A program made the translations under genes and the position numbers. From Eubacteriales bacterium (lineage in GTDB: Bacteria; Bacillota; Clostridia; Oscillospirales; CAG-272): 64,000 bases of DNA. The stretch spans positions 3,034 to 67,033 of the forward strand of contig JBBAEK010000005.1 in the NCBI GenBank assembly GCA_041655935.1, written 5' to 3'. The notes beneath the pieces were generated by a model, which saw nothing but the letters and a program-made list of their open reading frames with translations, was not told the DNA's origin and did no database searches. Of the stretch, positions 46,455 to 55,562 are shown in pieces (position 1 is the stretch's first letter; every line of letters begins with the position of its first letter).

Positions 46455-49400
46455 CCAAAAGACCAACCAACTGTATGAACTGGTATATAAAATTGACGGT
46501 AAAATATCGTATGTCGAGAAGGTAGAGAAGGGCACCCGCCTGACCTCTCTGGCCAAGCCGACAAAGGACTTCCATACTTTTTCGGGCTGGGAGAGCATCC
46601 CCTCCCGGATGCCCGCGCGTGATGTGGTGCTGGAAGGGAAGTTCACCCCCAACCGCTACACGCTGGTTTTCATGGTCGGGGAGGAGGAGATCAGCCGGCA
46701 GGAGCTGACCTACGGCGCTCCCATCGAGTGCCCCCCCGCTCCCGAAAAGGTGGGCTACACTTTTTCGGGCTGGTCTGATGTTCCCGAGACCATGCCGGGG
46801 CAGGACCTGACCGTCATCGGGCACCGGCAGCCGAATCTCTACCGGATCCATTACGTCATCACCGACCGCACCGCCGGCGACGTCACCACCACCTTTTCCG
46901 TGCCGTGCGCCTATGGCGAGCCGATCGAGCTGATGGACGAACCTGTCAAGAAGTACTGCACCTTCAGCGGCTGGAGCGGAGTGCCCGCCACCATGCCCGC
47001 GCGCGATTTGACCGTGACGGGGACCCTGTCGCTGACCCTCTATACCCTGACCCGCATTGTGGACGGGGAAGTGTTCAAGGTGGAGCACCTTCCCTATGGG
47101 GCGCCTGTGGCCAAAAAGCCCAACCCCACGAAGGAGGGCTACTATTTCAGCGGCTTCCGCAGCCTGCCGAAGACGATGCCCGACCACGACGTCGAGGTGG
47201 TCTCCAGCATGTACCCCGCCCGTTACAAGGCGGACTTTCTCATTGACGGACAGCCTTACAAGACCGTCTACATTCCTTTTGGTTCTCCCGTGGAAGTGAC
47301 GCTCGACCCCCATGAGGGGCGTGTGTTCACCGGCTGGACCGACTGCCCCGACCTCATGCCCGCGCATGATATTGAGGTCCACGGTCACTGGCAGTTCCAT
47401 GTCCACCGCCTGAGCTATCGGGTGATGGGCGAGGTCGTCAAGACGCTGGACGTACCGTACGGCACGCCCCTTGACGAGCCGGGCCCGGCGGTGAAGGGAT
47501 ACCTGTTTTTAGGCTGGAAGGACGCGCCTGCCACCATGCCCGACCACGACTTGGTACTGGATGGGCTTTACCGCATCAAGGCAGAGAAGGTCGCGTATCT
47601 CATTGACGGCGAGGAGTACGCCATGTATGACAGCCGGGAGCTTGGCGACCGGCTCGACGCGCCCGCCCCGCAGGAGCGGGAGGGCTTTGTGTTCAGCGGA
47701 TGGGAAGAGGTGCCCCCCGCGGACGACGGCGATGTGTATGAAATCCGCGGCAGCTATATCCCACAGACTTACGAAGTCACCTTCCTGGCGGATGACGAGG
47801 TGGTAGAGGTGGTCGCGGTGCCTTACGGCGAGCGGATCCTCGCCCCCACGCCCCCCGCCAAGGAAAACCACACCTTTGTGGGCTGGTCCGACCTGCCCGC
47901 CGCCATGCCCGCCAAAAACATCACCGTGACGGCCTCGTACACCGAGAGCGTGTACCGTATCGCCTTCGTGATCGGGGACGAGATCATCACCGAGTATGTC
48001 CGCCCCTTTGGCACCCCGGTGGCGTGTCCGATTCCTCCGGAAAAGCAGGGACATTCCTTCTCCGGCTGGATGAACTGCCCCGACAGTATGCCCAACCACG
48101 AGCTGACCGTATACGGTACATACACCCCCAATGAGTATAAAATTGTTTACATTTTGAACGGCGATCCCTATCGGACCGACACGCTGACATACGGGGCTGA
48201 AGTCACCCCCCCGCAACCCGTGGCAGAGGAGGGGTATCGCTTCACCGGTTGGGAAGCCCTCCCCGAAACCATGCCCGACGGTGACATCGAAGTGTCGGGG
48301 AGCCTGATCCCCGAGCAGTTCCGCCTGACCTTTGTCCTTGACGGGGAACCCTTCAGCGAGCTGACCCAGCCGTTCGGCAGCGAGATTGCGCCGCCCACAG
48401 TGCCCGACAAGGAGGGATATCGCTTTGTGGGCTGGCAGGACTGCCCGGCCACCATGCCCGCGGACGACCTGACCGTACAGGGTAGCTATGCCCTGCAGGA
48501 GTACACCCTGTCCTGGGTGGCAGGCGGCGAGACGCTGGCCAGCTACCCCGTGCCCTACGGCACCCCCCTCACTCTCCCCGACGGACTGTCGATCCCGCGC
48601 CCCGAGCAGTTTGAGGGCTGGGGCGAGTTCCCCACCACCATGCCGAATGCCGACCTGACCATTGAGGCACAGTATCGGAGCGAGTTTTGCCTGCGCTTCG
48701 TCGTGGACGGGACGGTCCTGTTTGAGGCCCTGCAAACGGCGGGCACCCCCATTGTCGAGTGCTGCGAGGTTCCGCCGAGGGAGGGGTACCACTTCACCGG
48801 CTGGTCCGGCCTGCCCGAGGGGGCGGCAGAGGATGCCCCCCTCCTGATGCCCGACCACGATTTGACCCTCACCGGCAGCTATGAGCTCAACCTCCGCACG
48901 GTGAGCTACCGTGTGGACGGCGAGGTGTTCGCCGTGACCGAGTTGCTCTACGGCGCCCCGCTCTCCCTGAGAGGGGCTCCCGCCAAGGACGGCTACCGCT
49001 TCATCGGTTGGACCGGCCTGCCCGAGGAGCTCTCAGTCGAGCTGGCAGAGGGTGGCTCCGTCTCCATGCCGGATGAAGACTTGGTCGCAGAAGCGGCCTT
49101 TGTGCGCGTGTATCCCGTCCGCTTTTACATCGAAGACCAGTTGCTGGCGGAACAGCTCTTGGCGGAGGGAGAGACCATTGAGGTCCCGTCCATCCCCGCC
49201 AAAGAGGGCTATACCACCGCGGGCTTTGACGAAGTGCCGCCCGTGATGCCGGGAGAACCGCTGCAATTGACCGCCACCTACCGGCCCGCCGTCTACACCG
49301 CCACCTTCATGGCGGACGGCAAAGTCGTGGAGGCGCGGAGCTTTAGTTACGACACGCCCCTGCTGGCACCCGCGCCACCTGCGGTGGACGGCTGCAAGTT

Positions 49401-52400
49401 TGTGGCGTGGCAGAACCTGCCGCAAACCATGCCTGCCCATGATGTGCTCATTGAGGCTGCCTATGCCGAGGACCACTCGGTGCCCGTCACCTTTATGGTG
49501 GACGGCGAGGTGCTGTCGGTGGCAAAGTTAGAGCGTGGCGATGCCATCGTCTGCCCGCCCGTCTCCGAAAAAGAGGGACACACCTTTGGCGGTTGGGAGC
49601 AGGTCCCCGCCCGGGTCGGCAGAGAGCCGCTGGTGTTGCAGGGGCATTATGTCCCCCATGTGCACACCATTACCTATGTAGTCGATGACAAGACTTACAG
49701 CGTGCAGGAGTTGCCGTTCGGCCACCCGCCCCGCTCAGTCAAGGAGCCGGTCAAGGAAAAGCACCGCTTCACCGGCTGGCAGGGCTTGCCCGAGCGTATG
49801 CCCGACGAGGATCTCACCGTCACCGCCGCTTTCCGGCCGCTGCACACCCTGCGCTTTTTGTCGGGCAGCGAGACGGTTTGCGAGCTGGTGCTGGAGACCG
49901 GGCAGGCCTTCCAGGCACCGCCCCCGCCCTTCCGTTACGGCCACACGTTTGTGGCGTGGGATAACCTGCCCGAGCAGGTGGACGGAGACGCGGTTGTCCA
50001 TGCGCGCTTTTTGCCCAACACAAACATCATCAGCTTTTTGGTGGACGGCATTGCCGTTGACCAGCACAAGTATCGTTACGGCGAGGCCATCACCCCGCCG
50101 GCGGCCCCCGTCAAACCGGGCTTCACTTTCGCCGGCTGGCTGGACTTGCCGCCGCTCATGCCGGACGAGGACCTGACGGCCAGAGCTTCTTTTGATAAAT
50201 ATCACACGCCGGTACAATTTTTCGTGGACGACGAGTTGTACCAGTCCTATTCCGTTCCCTACGGCGCCCCCCTGACACTGCCCGAGTCGCCCACCAAGGA
50301 AGGGCACACCTTCAGCGGCTGGGGCGAGGTGCCGGCGACAGCGCCCGATCATCCGCTGGACCTTTACGGCACCCTGACCCCCAACCTGCACCGCCTGACC
50401 TTTGTGTATGAGGGGCAGGAGCTGTCCGCGCAGGAGCTGCCGTACGGCGCCCCCATTGTGCCCCCCGCCCTGCCAACCCCCCGGGAAAGGACCAAGGGCA
50501 GTTGGGGCGAGGTCCCCGCACTCATGCCCGACCGCGACCTGTGCATCGAGGCCGTCATCACCGAGAACCGGCACCCCGTGCGCTTCTATGCGGACGATGA
50601 GCTGGTATCCGAGGTGTCCCTGTACGAGGGCGAGCCCATCACGCTGCCCCAGGTGACAGTGCCGGAGGGCCACCGCCTCAGCGGCTGGGAGACCGTGCCC
50701 GCCCTCATGGGCGGCGAGCCGCTCGAGTTCCGGGCGCAGACCGTGCCTGACACCTATCGGGTCACTTTCAAAGCGCAGGATCGTGTGCTGGAAAGCCGCA
50801 CCTATCCCTACGGCGCTCCCATTGTCGCCCCCGAGCCGCCCGCGCTGAAAAAGCACTATTTTGACGGGTGGCGGGACCTGCCGCAGACCATGCCCGCCGA
50901 GGACATTGTCACCGAGGCAGTCTATGTCTCCAAGACCCTGTCGAAAGTCACCTTCCAGATCGGCGAGGAGATCGTATCCGAGCTGTTTTTGGAGCGCGGG
51001 GACCGCATTGTCTTCCCCACCCCCGCCGAGAAGGAGGGCTATACCTTCGCTGGCTGGGAGAAGGTGCCCGCCAGGATGGGGCGCGAGCCGCTACTCATCC
51101 GCGGGATGTACCGCGTCAATGTACACCAGGTTCATTTCATGTGGGGCGAGACTGTCTATGCCCGGCAGGAGGTAGCCTACGGCCAACCCATCCAGCTGCC
51201 CCCGGCACCCGAGCCGGAGGGGCAGGTATTTCGCGGTTGGCTGGGACTGCCCGAGCAGATGCCCGATGAGGATGTGACGGTTTCCGCCGACATCATCTCC
51301 ATTTACCGCCTGACCTTCCGGGTGGACGAGGAAGTGGTGGAGGAGCGGCACCTCTTGGCAGGCGAGCCCATCACCCCGCCCGCCGCACCCGTCAAGTACG
51401 GTCATACCTTCGGCGGTTGGGCAGGCCTGCCCGAGACGGCGGAGAACAACGCGGTCTACCAGGCTGTCTACACTCCCAACCAGCACACCGTGGTGTTTTT
51501 GCTGAATGGGCTGGAGCTCACCACCCGCAAGTTCGCCTATGGCGACCTCATCACGACCCCCGACGCACCGAAAAAGGAGCAGCATATCTTCACCGGCTGG
51601 TCAGGTCTGCCTGAGTTCATGCCCGATGAGGATTTGGTTGTCCGCGCCCTCTTTGAGCATCGTGCGATGCCCATTCGGTTTTATGTGGACAACGAGCTGC
51701 TGGCAGAGCAGATCCTCTTTGCCGGGGATCCCATCACCATCCCCGAGCTATCGCTCAAGGAAGGGCACGACTGGTCGGGCTGGCAGGATGTGCCCGCGAC
51801 CGTGGGCGAGCAGCCGCTCACCTTCCACTCCTCCTTCACCCCCCGCACCCATAAGGTCAGCTTCTATGTCAGAAACAAGCTGTACTATGAGCAGCGGCTG
51901 AACTTCGGCGAGGCCATCACCCTGCCGACCCCGCCCACCTTGAAAAAGCACTCCTTTGACTGCTGGAAAGACCTGCCGGAGCTCATGCCCGACCGGGACA
52001 TCAAGCTGTATGCCCAACTGGGCCCGGTCCGCCACAATCTCCGCTTCCTCATTGACGGGGCTGTCGTCTTTGAGCAGCAACTGCCCAAGGGCACGCCCAT
52101 CACCCCGCCGGAGCTCGAGGAAAAGTTCGGGTATTACTTCAGCGGCTGGGGCAAGGTTCCCGCGCGTATGCCCCGGGAGGATGTGGTCTTAGAAGGGCGG
52201 ATGATCCCCAAGACCCGCAAGCTCACTTTCCTCTGTGAGGATAAGGTGTTCCATGAACAGGTCGTACAGGTCGGCCAGCCCATTCCGCTACCCAAAAACC
52301 CGAAGATCAAAAATATGCAGTTCTTGGGCTGGATGGAGAGTCCCGAGGCCATGCCCGACGAGGACTTGGTGCTCAAGGCCCAGTTCATCTCCAGCTTCAA

Positions 52401-54918
52401 CACCGTGAAGTTCATGATCGGCGAGCTCAAGGTCGCCGAGAAGAAGTTGGCGATGGGCGAGCGCATCTCCTTCCCGCCACCCCCCAAACAGACGGGCTAC
52501 ACCTTTGCCGGCTGGGATAACGCCCCCATTCGCATGGGGGACCAGGACCTGGTCGTGACCGGAAAATTCGTGGCGAACATTTACAAGGTCGTCTTTGTGG
52601 TGGGCGGCAAGACCGTCCACACGCAGAACGTGACCTTCGGAGAGCAGATTCCGCTCCCCGAGCCCCCCGCCAAGGAGAACTACACCTTCCTTGGCTGGCA
52701 GAACCTGCCGCAGACCATGCCGGCCCACGATGTGCGCCTGACGGCACTCTTTGAGCCGCTCTTCCAGGTCAGCTTTGTCATTGACCACGAGGTGGTCTCG
52801 GAGAAGATGCTCAAGCAGGGCGACAAGATCGAGGCGCCCACCGTCACCGAGAAGCCCGGTTATGACTTCTCCGGCTGGAGCAAGTTCCCCCAGAAGGTCA
52901 AAAACAGCTCTCTGAAAATCGAGGGCAAGTACCTGCCCCATGTACACAAGGTCACGTATTTGGTACATGATAAGTCCTTTGCCACCAAGAAGATCGCCTA
53001 TGACGACCCGGTGCCCGTGATCGACCCGCCGTCCGTGGAGGCGCATACCTTCCTTGGCTGGGATGGGATGGTGGAGCGGATGCCCGACGCCGACCTGACC
53101 GTTGTCGCGAAGTATGCCCCCATTTCCTACAAAGCGACCTTTATGTTAGGGTCCTCGGTAGTCTCGGAGGAGATGGTTCCCTTTGGCGCGCCCATCCCCT
53201 GCCCGGAGGTACCGGAAAAGGTCGGCTACACCTTCAGCGGCTGGCAGGATGTCCCCGAGAAGATGACGGGCAAGCCCCTGCTCATCAACGGGGAGTATGT
53301 CCCTAACCGTCACACCGTTACCTTCCGCGCCGGCGGCAAGGACTATAAGCAGCAGGTGGTGCTTTTCGGTGCCCCGGTGAAGGCGCCCGAGGAAGCCCCC
53401 GCACTGAAAAATCATGTATTCCTTGGCTGGGCGAATCTGCCCGCCACCATGCCCGACCAGGACATCACCATTGAGGCCAACTACCGCGCGGTGGCATTCA
53501 AGGCAACCTTCCTGCTCGACGGCTCGCCGGTCACCGAGGTGGATGTGCCCTATGGCAACAAGATCCCCTGTCCCGAAGTGCCGGAGCGGGTGGGCCATAC
53601 CTTTGGCGGTTGGGAGAACCTGCCCGAGACCATGGGCGCGTCGTCGATCTTAATCAACGGAACCTATACGCCGAAGCTCCATACCGTGGCCTTCCAGACC
53701 AAGAAGGGCAAGACTTTCGCGGAAATGACCGTGTCTTACGGCGAGGCCATTCCCACCCCGTCCGATGTGCCCTCTCTCCGCAAGCACCTGTTCAAGGAGT
53801 GGCACGGCATCCCCGCCACCATGCCCGACCAGGACCTGGTCATCCCGGCAGTGTTCGAGCCGATCAGCCGCGCGAAGCACCCGGTCACTTTCCTGGTCAA
53901 CGGGAAAGCGTACGGCAAGCCGGTCAAGGTCAAGTACGGCAAGAGCATCCCCCTCCCGCCTCCCCCCTCCAAGGATGGGTATCGCTTCATCCGTTGGGAC
54001 GCGCTGCCCGAGACCATGCCGGGGCACCCGGTGACGCTCAACGCCGTCTTTGAGGCGGCAGTGTATCGCGTGCAGTTCATGCTCGACGGTCAGCTGTACC
54101 AGGAGGCGACCTTGCCGCAGGGAGCGCCCGTGCCCCAGCCCGTTCCGCCGGAAAAGGAGGGCTACATTTTCAGTGGCTGGCAGAATTACATGGCGGTCAT
54201 GCCTGAGCACGACTTTGTGGTCAGCGGCAACTTTAAGGACAAGGCCTACACGGTCCGGTACATGGTGAACGGCAAACTGTTCAAGGAACAGGGCTATGTC
54301 CGGGGCGAGTATATCACGCCCGAGCAGGCACCTGCGGGACTGCATAGTGACTTTGTGCAGTGGCAGGGACTGCCCGCCGTCATGCCCGCGCGCGACCTTA
54401 CCGTTCATGCTTCGTATGAGAAAAAGCGCTTCACCGTCACCTACATGCTGGACAACGCGGTGATCAAAATAGCCGAGTTGCCGCACAGCACGCCCATCAC
54501 CCCACCGGTGGTGCCCGCCCGCGGCAAAAAGCATCTGGTTCGCTGGAACGGGATGCCGCCGGACGGCCTGGTGCCCAAGTACGACATCGTGCTGGACGGC
54601 GAGTGGGGCACTGTCGAGGAGAAGCTTGCAGCCCTCAAGGCCGAGATGAAAATGCGGAAGAAAACCGCCAGGGTAGAGCGCCGGCTTGCCCGCAAGGAAG
54701 GCCGGAACCAACCGACCGAACAGTCGGGCGCGGATGACACGGTGGCATTTTCGTCGTCCCCCACGGAAGAACCGAAAAAGAAGCTTGCCCGCAAGCAAAA
54801 GCAGAAAGCGAAAAAGCAAGCCAGACTCACCCGTCGGGAAAAGATGCAGCGCCAAAAGGAAGTCGAAAAAGCCGCCAAAAACGAACTGCAAAGCATGATG
54901 TACAAGTTGATGAGATAA
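46447..54918 (+). CDS. giant (2823 aa) InlB B-repeat-like protein, ~44 units, Lys/Arg-rich C-terminal tail, no signal peptide or anchor
   Basis: GGAGG lies 8 nt upstream. The start overlaps the upstream stop (ATGGCTGA). The open frame is uninterrupted. Periodic ~62-aa units run throughout. Confidence 0.85.
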   Translation: MADQKTNQLYELVYKIDGKISYVEKVEKGTRLTSLAKPTKDFHTFSGWESIPSRMPARDVVLEGKFTPNRYTLVFMVGEEEISRQELTYGAPIECPPAPEKVGYTFSGWSDVPETMPGQDLTVIGHRQPNLYRIHYVITDRTAGDVTTTFSVPCAYGEPIELMDEPVKKYCTFSGWSGVPATMPARDLTVTGTLSLTLYTLTRIVDGEVFKVEHLPYGAPVAKKPNPTKEGYYFSGFRSLPKTMPDHDVEVVSSMYPARYKADFLIDGQPYKTVYIPFGSPVEVTLDPHEGRVFTGWTDCPDLMPAHDIEVHGHWQFHVHRLSYRVMGEVVKTLDVPYGTPLDEPGPAVKGYLFLGWKDAPATMPDHDLVLDGLYRIKAEKVAYLIDGEEYAMYDSRELGDRLDAPAPQEREGFVFSGWEEVPPADDGDVYEIRGSYIPQTYEVTFLADDEVVEVVAVPYGERILAPTPPAKENHTFVGWSDLPAAMPAKNITVTASYTESVYRIAFVIGDEIITEYVRPFGTPVACPIPPEKQGHSFSGWMNCPDSMPNHELTVYGTYTPNEYKIVYILNGDPYRTDTLTYGAEVTPPQPVAEEGYRFTGWEALPETMPDGDIEVSGSLIPEQFRLTFVLDGEPFSELTQPFGSEIAPPTVPDKEGYRFVGWQDCPATMPADDLTVQGSYALQEYTLSWVAGGETLASYPVPYGTPLTLPDGLSIPRPEQFEGWGEFPTTMPNADLTIEAQYRSEFCLRFVVDGTVLFEALQTAGTPIVECCEVPPREGYHFTGWSGLPEGAAEDAPLLMPDHDLTLTGSYELNLRTVSYRVDGEVFAVTELLYGAPLSLRGAPAKDGYRFIGWTGLPEELSVELAEGGSVSMPDEDLVAEAAFVRVYPVRFYIEDQLLAEQLLAEGETIEVPSIPAKEGYTTAGFDEVPPVMPGEPLQLTATYRPAVYTATFMADGKVVEARSFSYDTPLLAPAPPAVDGCKFVAWQNLPQTMPAHDVLIEAAYAEDHSVPVTFMVDGEVLSVAKLERGDAIVCPPVSEKEGHTFGGWEQVPARVGREPLVLQGHYVPHVHTITYVVDDKTYSVQELPFGHPPRSVKEPVKEKHRFTGWQGLPERMPDEDLTVTAAFRPLHTLRFLSGSETVCELVLETGQAFQAPPPPFRYGHTFVAWDNLPEQVDGDAVVHARFLPNTNIISFLVDGIAVDQHKYRYGEAITPPAAPVKPGFTFAGWLDLPPLMPDEDLTARASFDKYHTPVQFFVDDELYQSYSVPYGAPLTLPESPTKEGHTFSGWGEVPATAPDHPLDLYGTLTPNLHRLTFVYEGQELSAQELPYGAPIVPPALPTPRERTKGSWGEVPALMPDRDLCIEAVITENRHPVRFYADDELVSEVSLYEGEPITLPQVTVPEGHRLSGWETVPALMGGEPLEFRAQTVPDTYRVTFKAQDRVLESRTYPYGAPIVAPEPPALKKHYFDGWRDLPQTMPAEDIVTEAVYVSKTLSKVTFQIGEEIVSELFLERGDRIVFPTPAEKEGYTFAGWEKVPARMGREPLLIRGMYRVNVHQVHFMWGETVYARQEVAYGQPIQLPPAPEPEGQVFRGWLGLPEQMPDEDVTVSADIISIYRLTFRVDEEVVEERHLLAGEPITPPAAPVKYGHTFGGWAGLPETAENNAVYQAVYTPNQHTVVFLLNGLELTTRKFAYGDLITTPDAPKKEQHIFTGWSGLPEFMPDEDLVVRALFEHRAMPIRFYVDNELLAEQILFAGDPITIPELSLKEGHDWSGWQDVPATVGEQPLTFHSSFTPRTHKVSFYVRNKLYYEQRLNFGEAITLPTPPTLKKHSFDCWKDLPELMPDRDIKLYAQLGPVRHNLRFLIDGAVVFEQQLPKGTPITPPELEEKFGYYFSGWGKVPARMPREDVVLEGRMIPKTRKLTFLCEDKVFHEQVVQVGQPIPLPKNPKIKNMQFLGWMESPEAMPDEDLVLKAQFISSFNTVKFMIGELKVAEKKLAMGERISFPPPPKQTGYTFAGWDNAPIRMGDQDLVVTGKFVANIYKVVFVVGGKTVHTQNVTFGEQIPLPEPPAKENYTFLGWQNLPQTMPAHDVRLTALFEPLFQVSFVIDHEVVSEKMLKQGDKIEAPTVTEKPGYDFSGWSKFPQKVKNSSLKIEGKYLPHVHKVTYLVHDKSFATKKIAYDDPVPVIDPPSVEAHTFLGWDGMVERMPDADLTVVAKYAPISYKATFMLGSSVVSEEMVPFGAPIPCPEVPEKVGYTFSGWQDVPEKMTGKPLLINGEYVPNRHTVTFRAGGKDYKQQVVLFGAPVKAPEEAPALKNHVFLGWANLPATMPDQDITIEANYRAVAFKATFLLDGSPVTEVDVPYGNKIPCPEVPERVGHTFGGWENLPETMGASSILINGTYTPKLHTVAFQTKKGKTFAEMTVSYGEAIPTPSDVPSLRKHLFKEWHGIPATMPDQDLVIPAVFEPISRAKHPVTFLVNGKAYGKPVKVKYGKSIPLPPPPSKDGYRFIRWDALPETMPGHPVTLNAVFEAAVYRVQFMLDGQLYQEATLPQGAPVPQPVPPEKEGYIFSGWQNYMAVMPEHDFVVSGNFKDKAYTVRYMVNGKLFKEQGYVRGEYITPEQAPAGLHSDFVQWQGLPAVMPARDLTVHASYEKKRFTVTYMLDNAVIKIAELPHSTPITPPVVPARGKKHLVRWNGMPPDGLVPKYDIVLDGEWGTVEEKLAALKAEMKMRKKTARVERRLARKEGRNQPTEQSGADDTVAFSSSPTEEPKKKLARKQKQKAKKQARLTRREKMQRQKEVEKAAKNELQSMMYKLMR

Positions 54919-54980
54919 CCCTTCGCACCCCTCGGCGCCCGTGCGCCGAGGGGCCCACCATCGGAAAGGAGTGAGCAAGT

Positions 54981-55487
54981 ATGAATCACCCACCGCATGA
55001 CGCACAGGGCGGCAGACGGCGAGCCATCGTCCAGGTAGGCGGTGGACTTCGCATTTTCGGCATCTCTTACAACGGACTGGCATTCACCCTCTTTTTTGTG
55101 GTGTGGGTCATCAGCAGACAGATCCACCCCACCTGGGCCATTTTGCTCTCCGTGCCGCTGGTCAATCTTTTTGCCCGCGCCATTGCCGACCGACGCTTTG
55201 AGTTTGTGGTGTTGCTTTGCGGCGCCGCTCTGCTCTTTCTCCTGCTCGGGTCGGTGTGGGGACTTTGGCACCCCGGCTGGCTGGTCTTTTGCGCCGTGCC
55301 TGTGGTCCAGTCGGCGCTGACCGCGTACCGCTCGCACGACTGCCGCGAGTTCTCCTTTGCCGGACTGGTAGCGATCCTTTACCTGTTCATCGGCTTTACC
55401 GTTGGGGGCTGGCATCCCTATTGGTTGCTCTTTTTGCTGATTCCCCTGTATGAGCAGTGGGCGCGGTGGTTCACTAACCAGGCATAG
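54981..55487 (+). CDS. small polytopic membrane protein (4-5 TM), unknown function
   Basis: 168 aa with hydrophobic helices (LAFTLFFVVWVI, WAILLSVPLVNLF, FVVLLCGAALLFLLLGSVWGL, WLVFCAVPVV, LVAILYLFIGFTVGGW, YWLLFLLIPL). It lies 62 nt after the giant gene. Confidence 0.6.
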   Translation: MNHPPHDAQGGRRRAIVQVGGGLRIFGISYNGLAFTLFFVVWVISRQIHPTWAILLSVPLVNLFARAIADRRFEFVVLLCGAALLFLLLGSVWGLWHPGWLVFCAVPVVQSALTAYRSHDCREFSFAGLVAILYLFIGFTVGGWHPYWLLFLLIPLYEQWARWFTNQA

Positions 55488-55511
55488 GGCGCCGCGGTGT
55501 TCGCCCGAAAA

Positions 55512-55552
55512 GCGGACGGTTCAAAGCAACCACTTTGACCGTCCGCTTTTTT
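55512..55552. terminator. bidirectional intrinsic terminator between convergent genes
   Basis: GCGGACGGTTCAAAG-n9-CTTTGACCGTCCGC, flanked by AAAA 5' and TTTTTT 3'. Confidence 0.75.
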
Positions 55553-55562
55553 AGGGGAGACA

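Noticed and set aside
45303-55415. Multiple 250-480-aa minus-strand ORFs opposite the giant repeat genes (for example 45303-46652, 47509-48858, 49735-50856, 53650-55083, 54441-55415).
   Set aside because: They are antisense artefacts of a GC-rich, repeat-rich coding region. The sense strand carries one uninterrupted 8.5-kb frame with clear periodic protein motifs.
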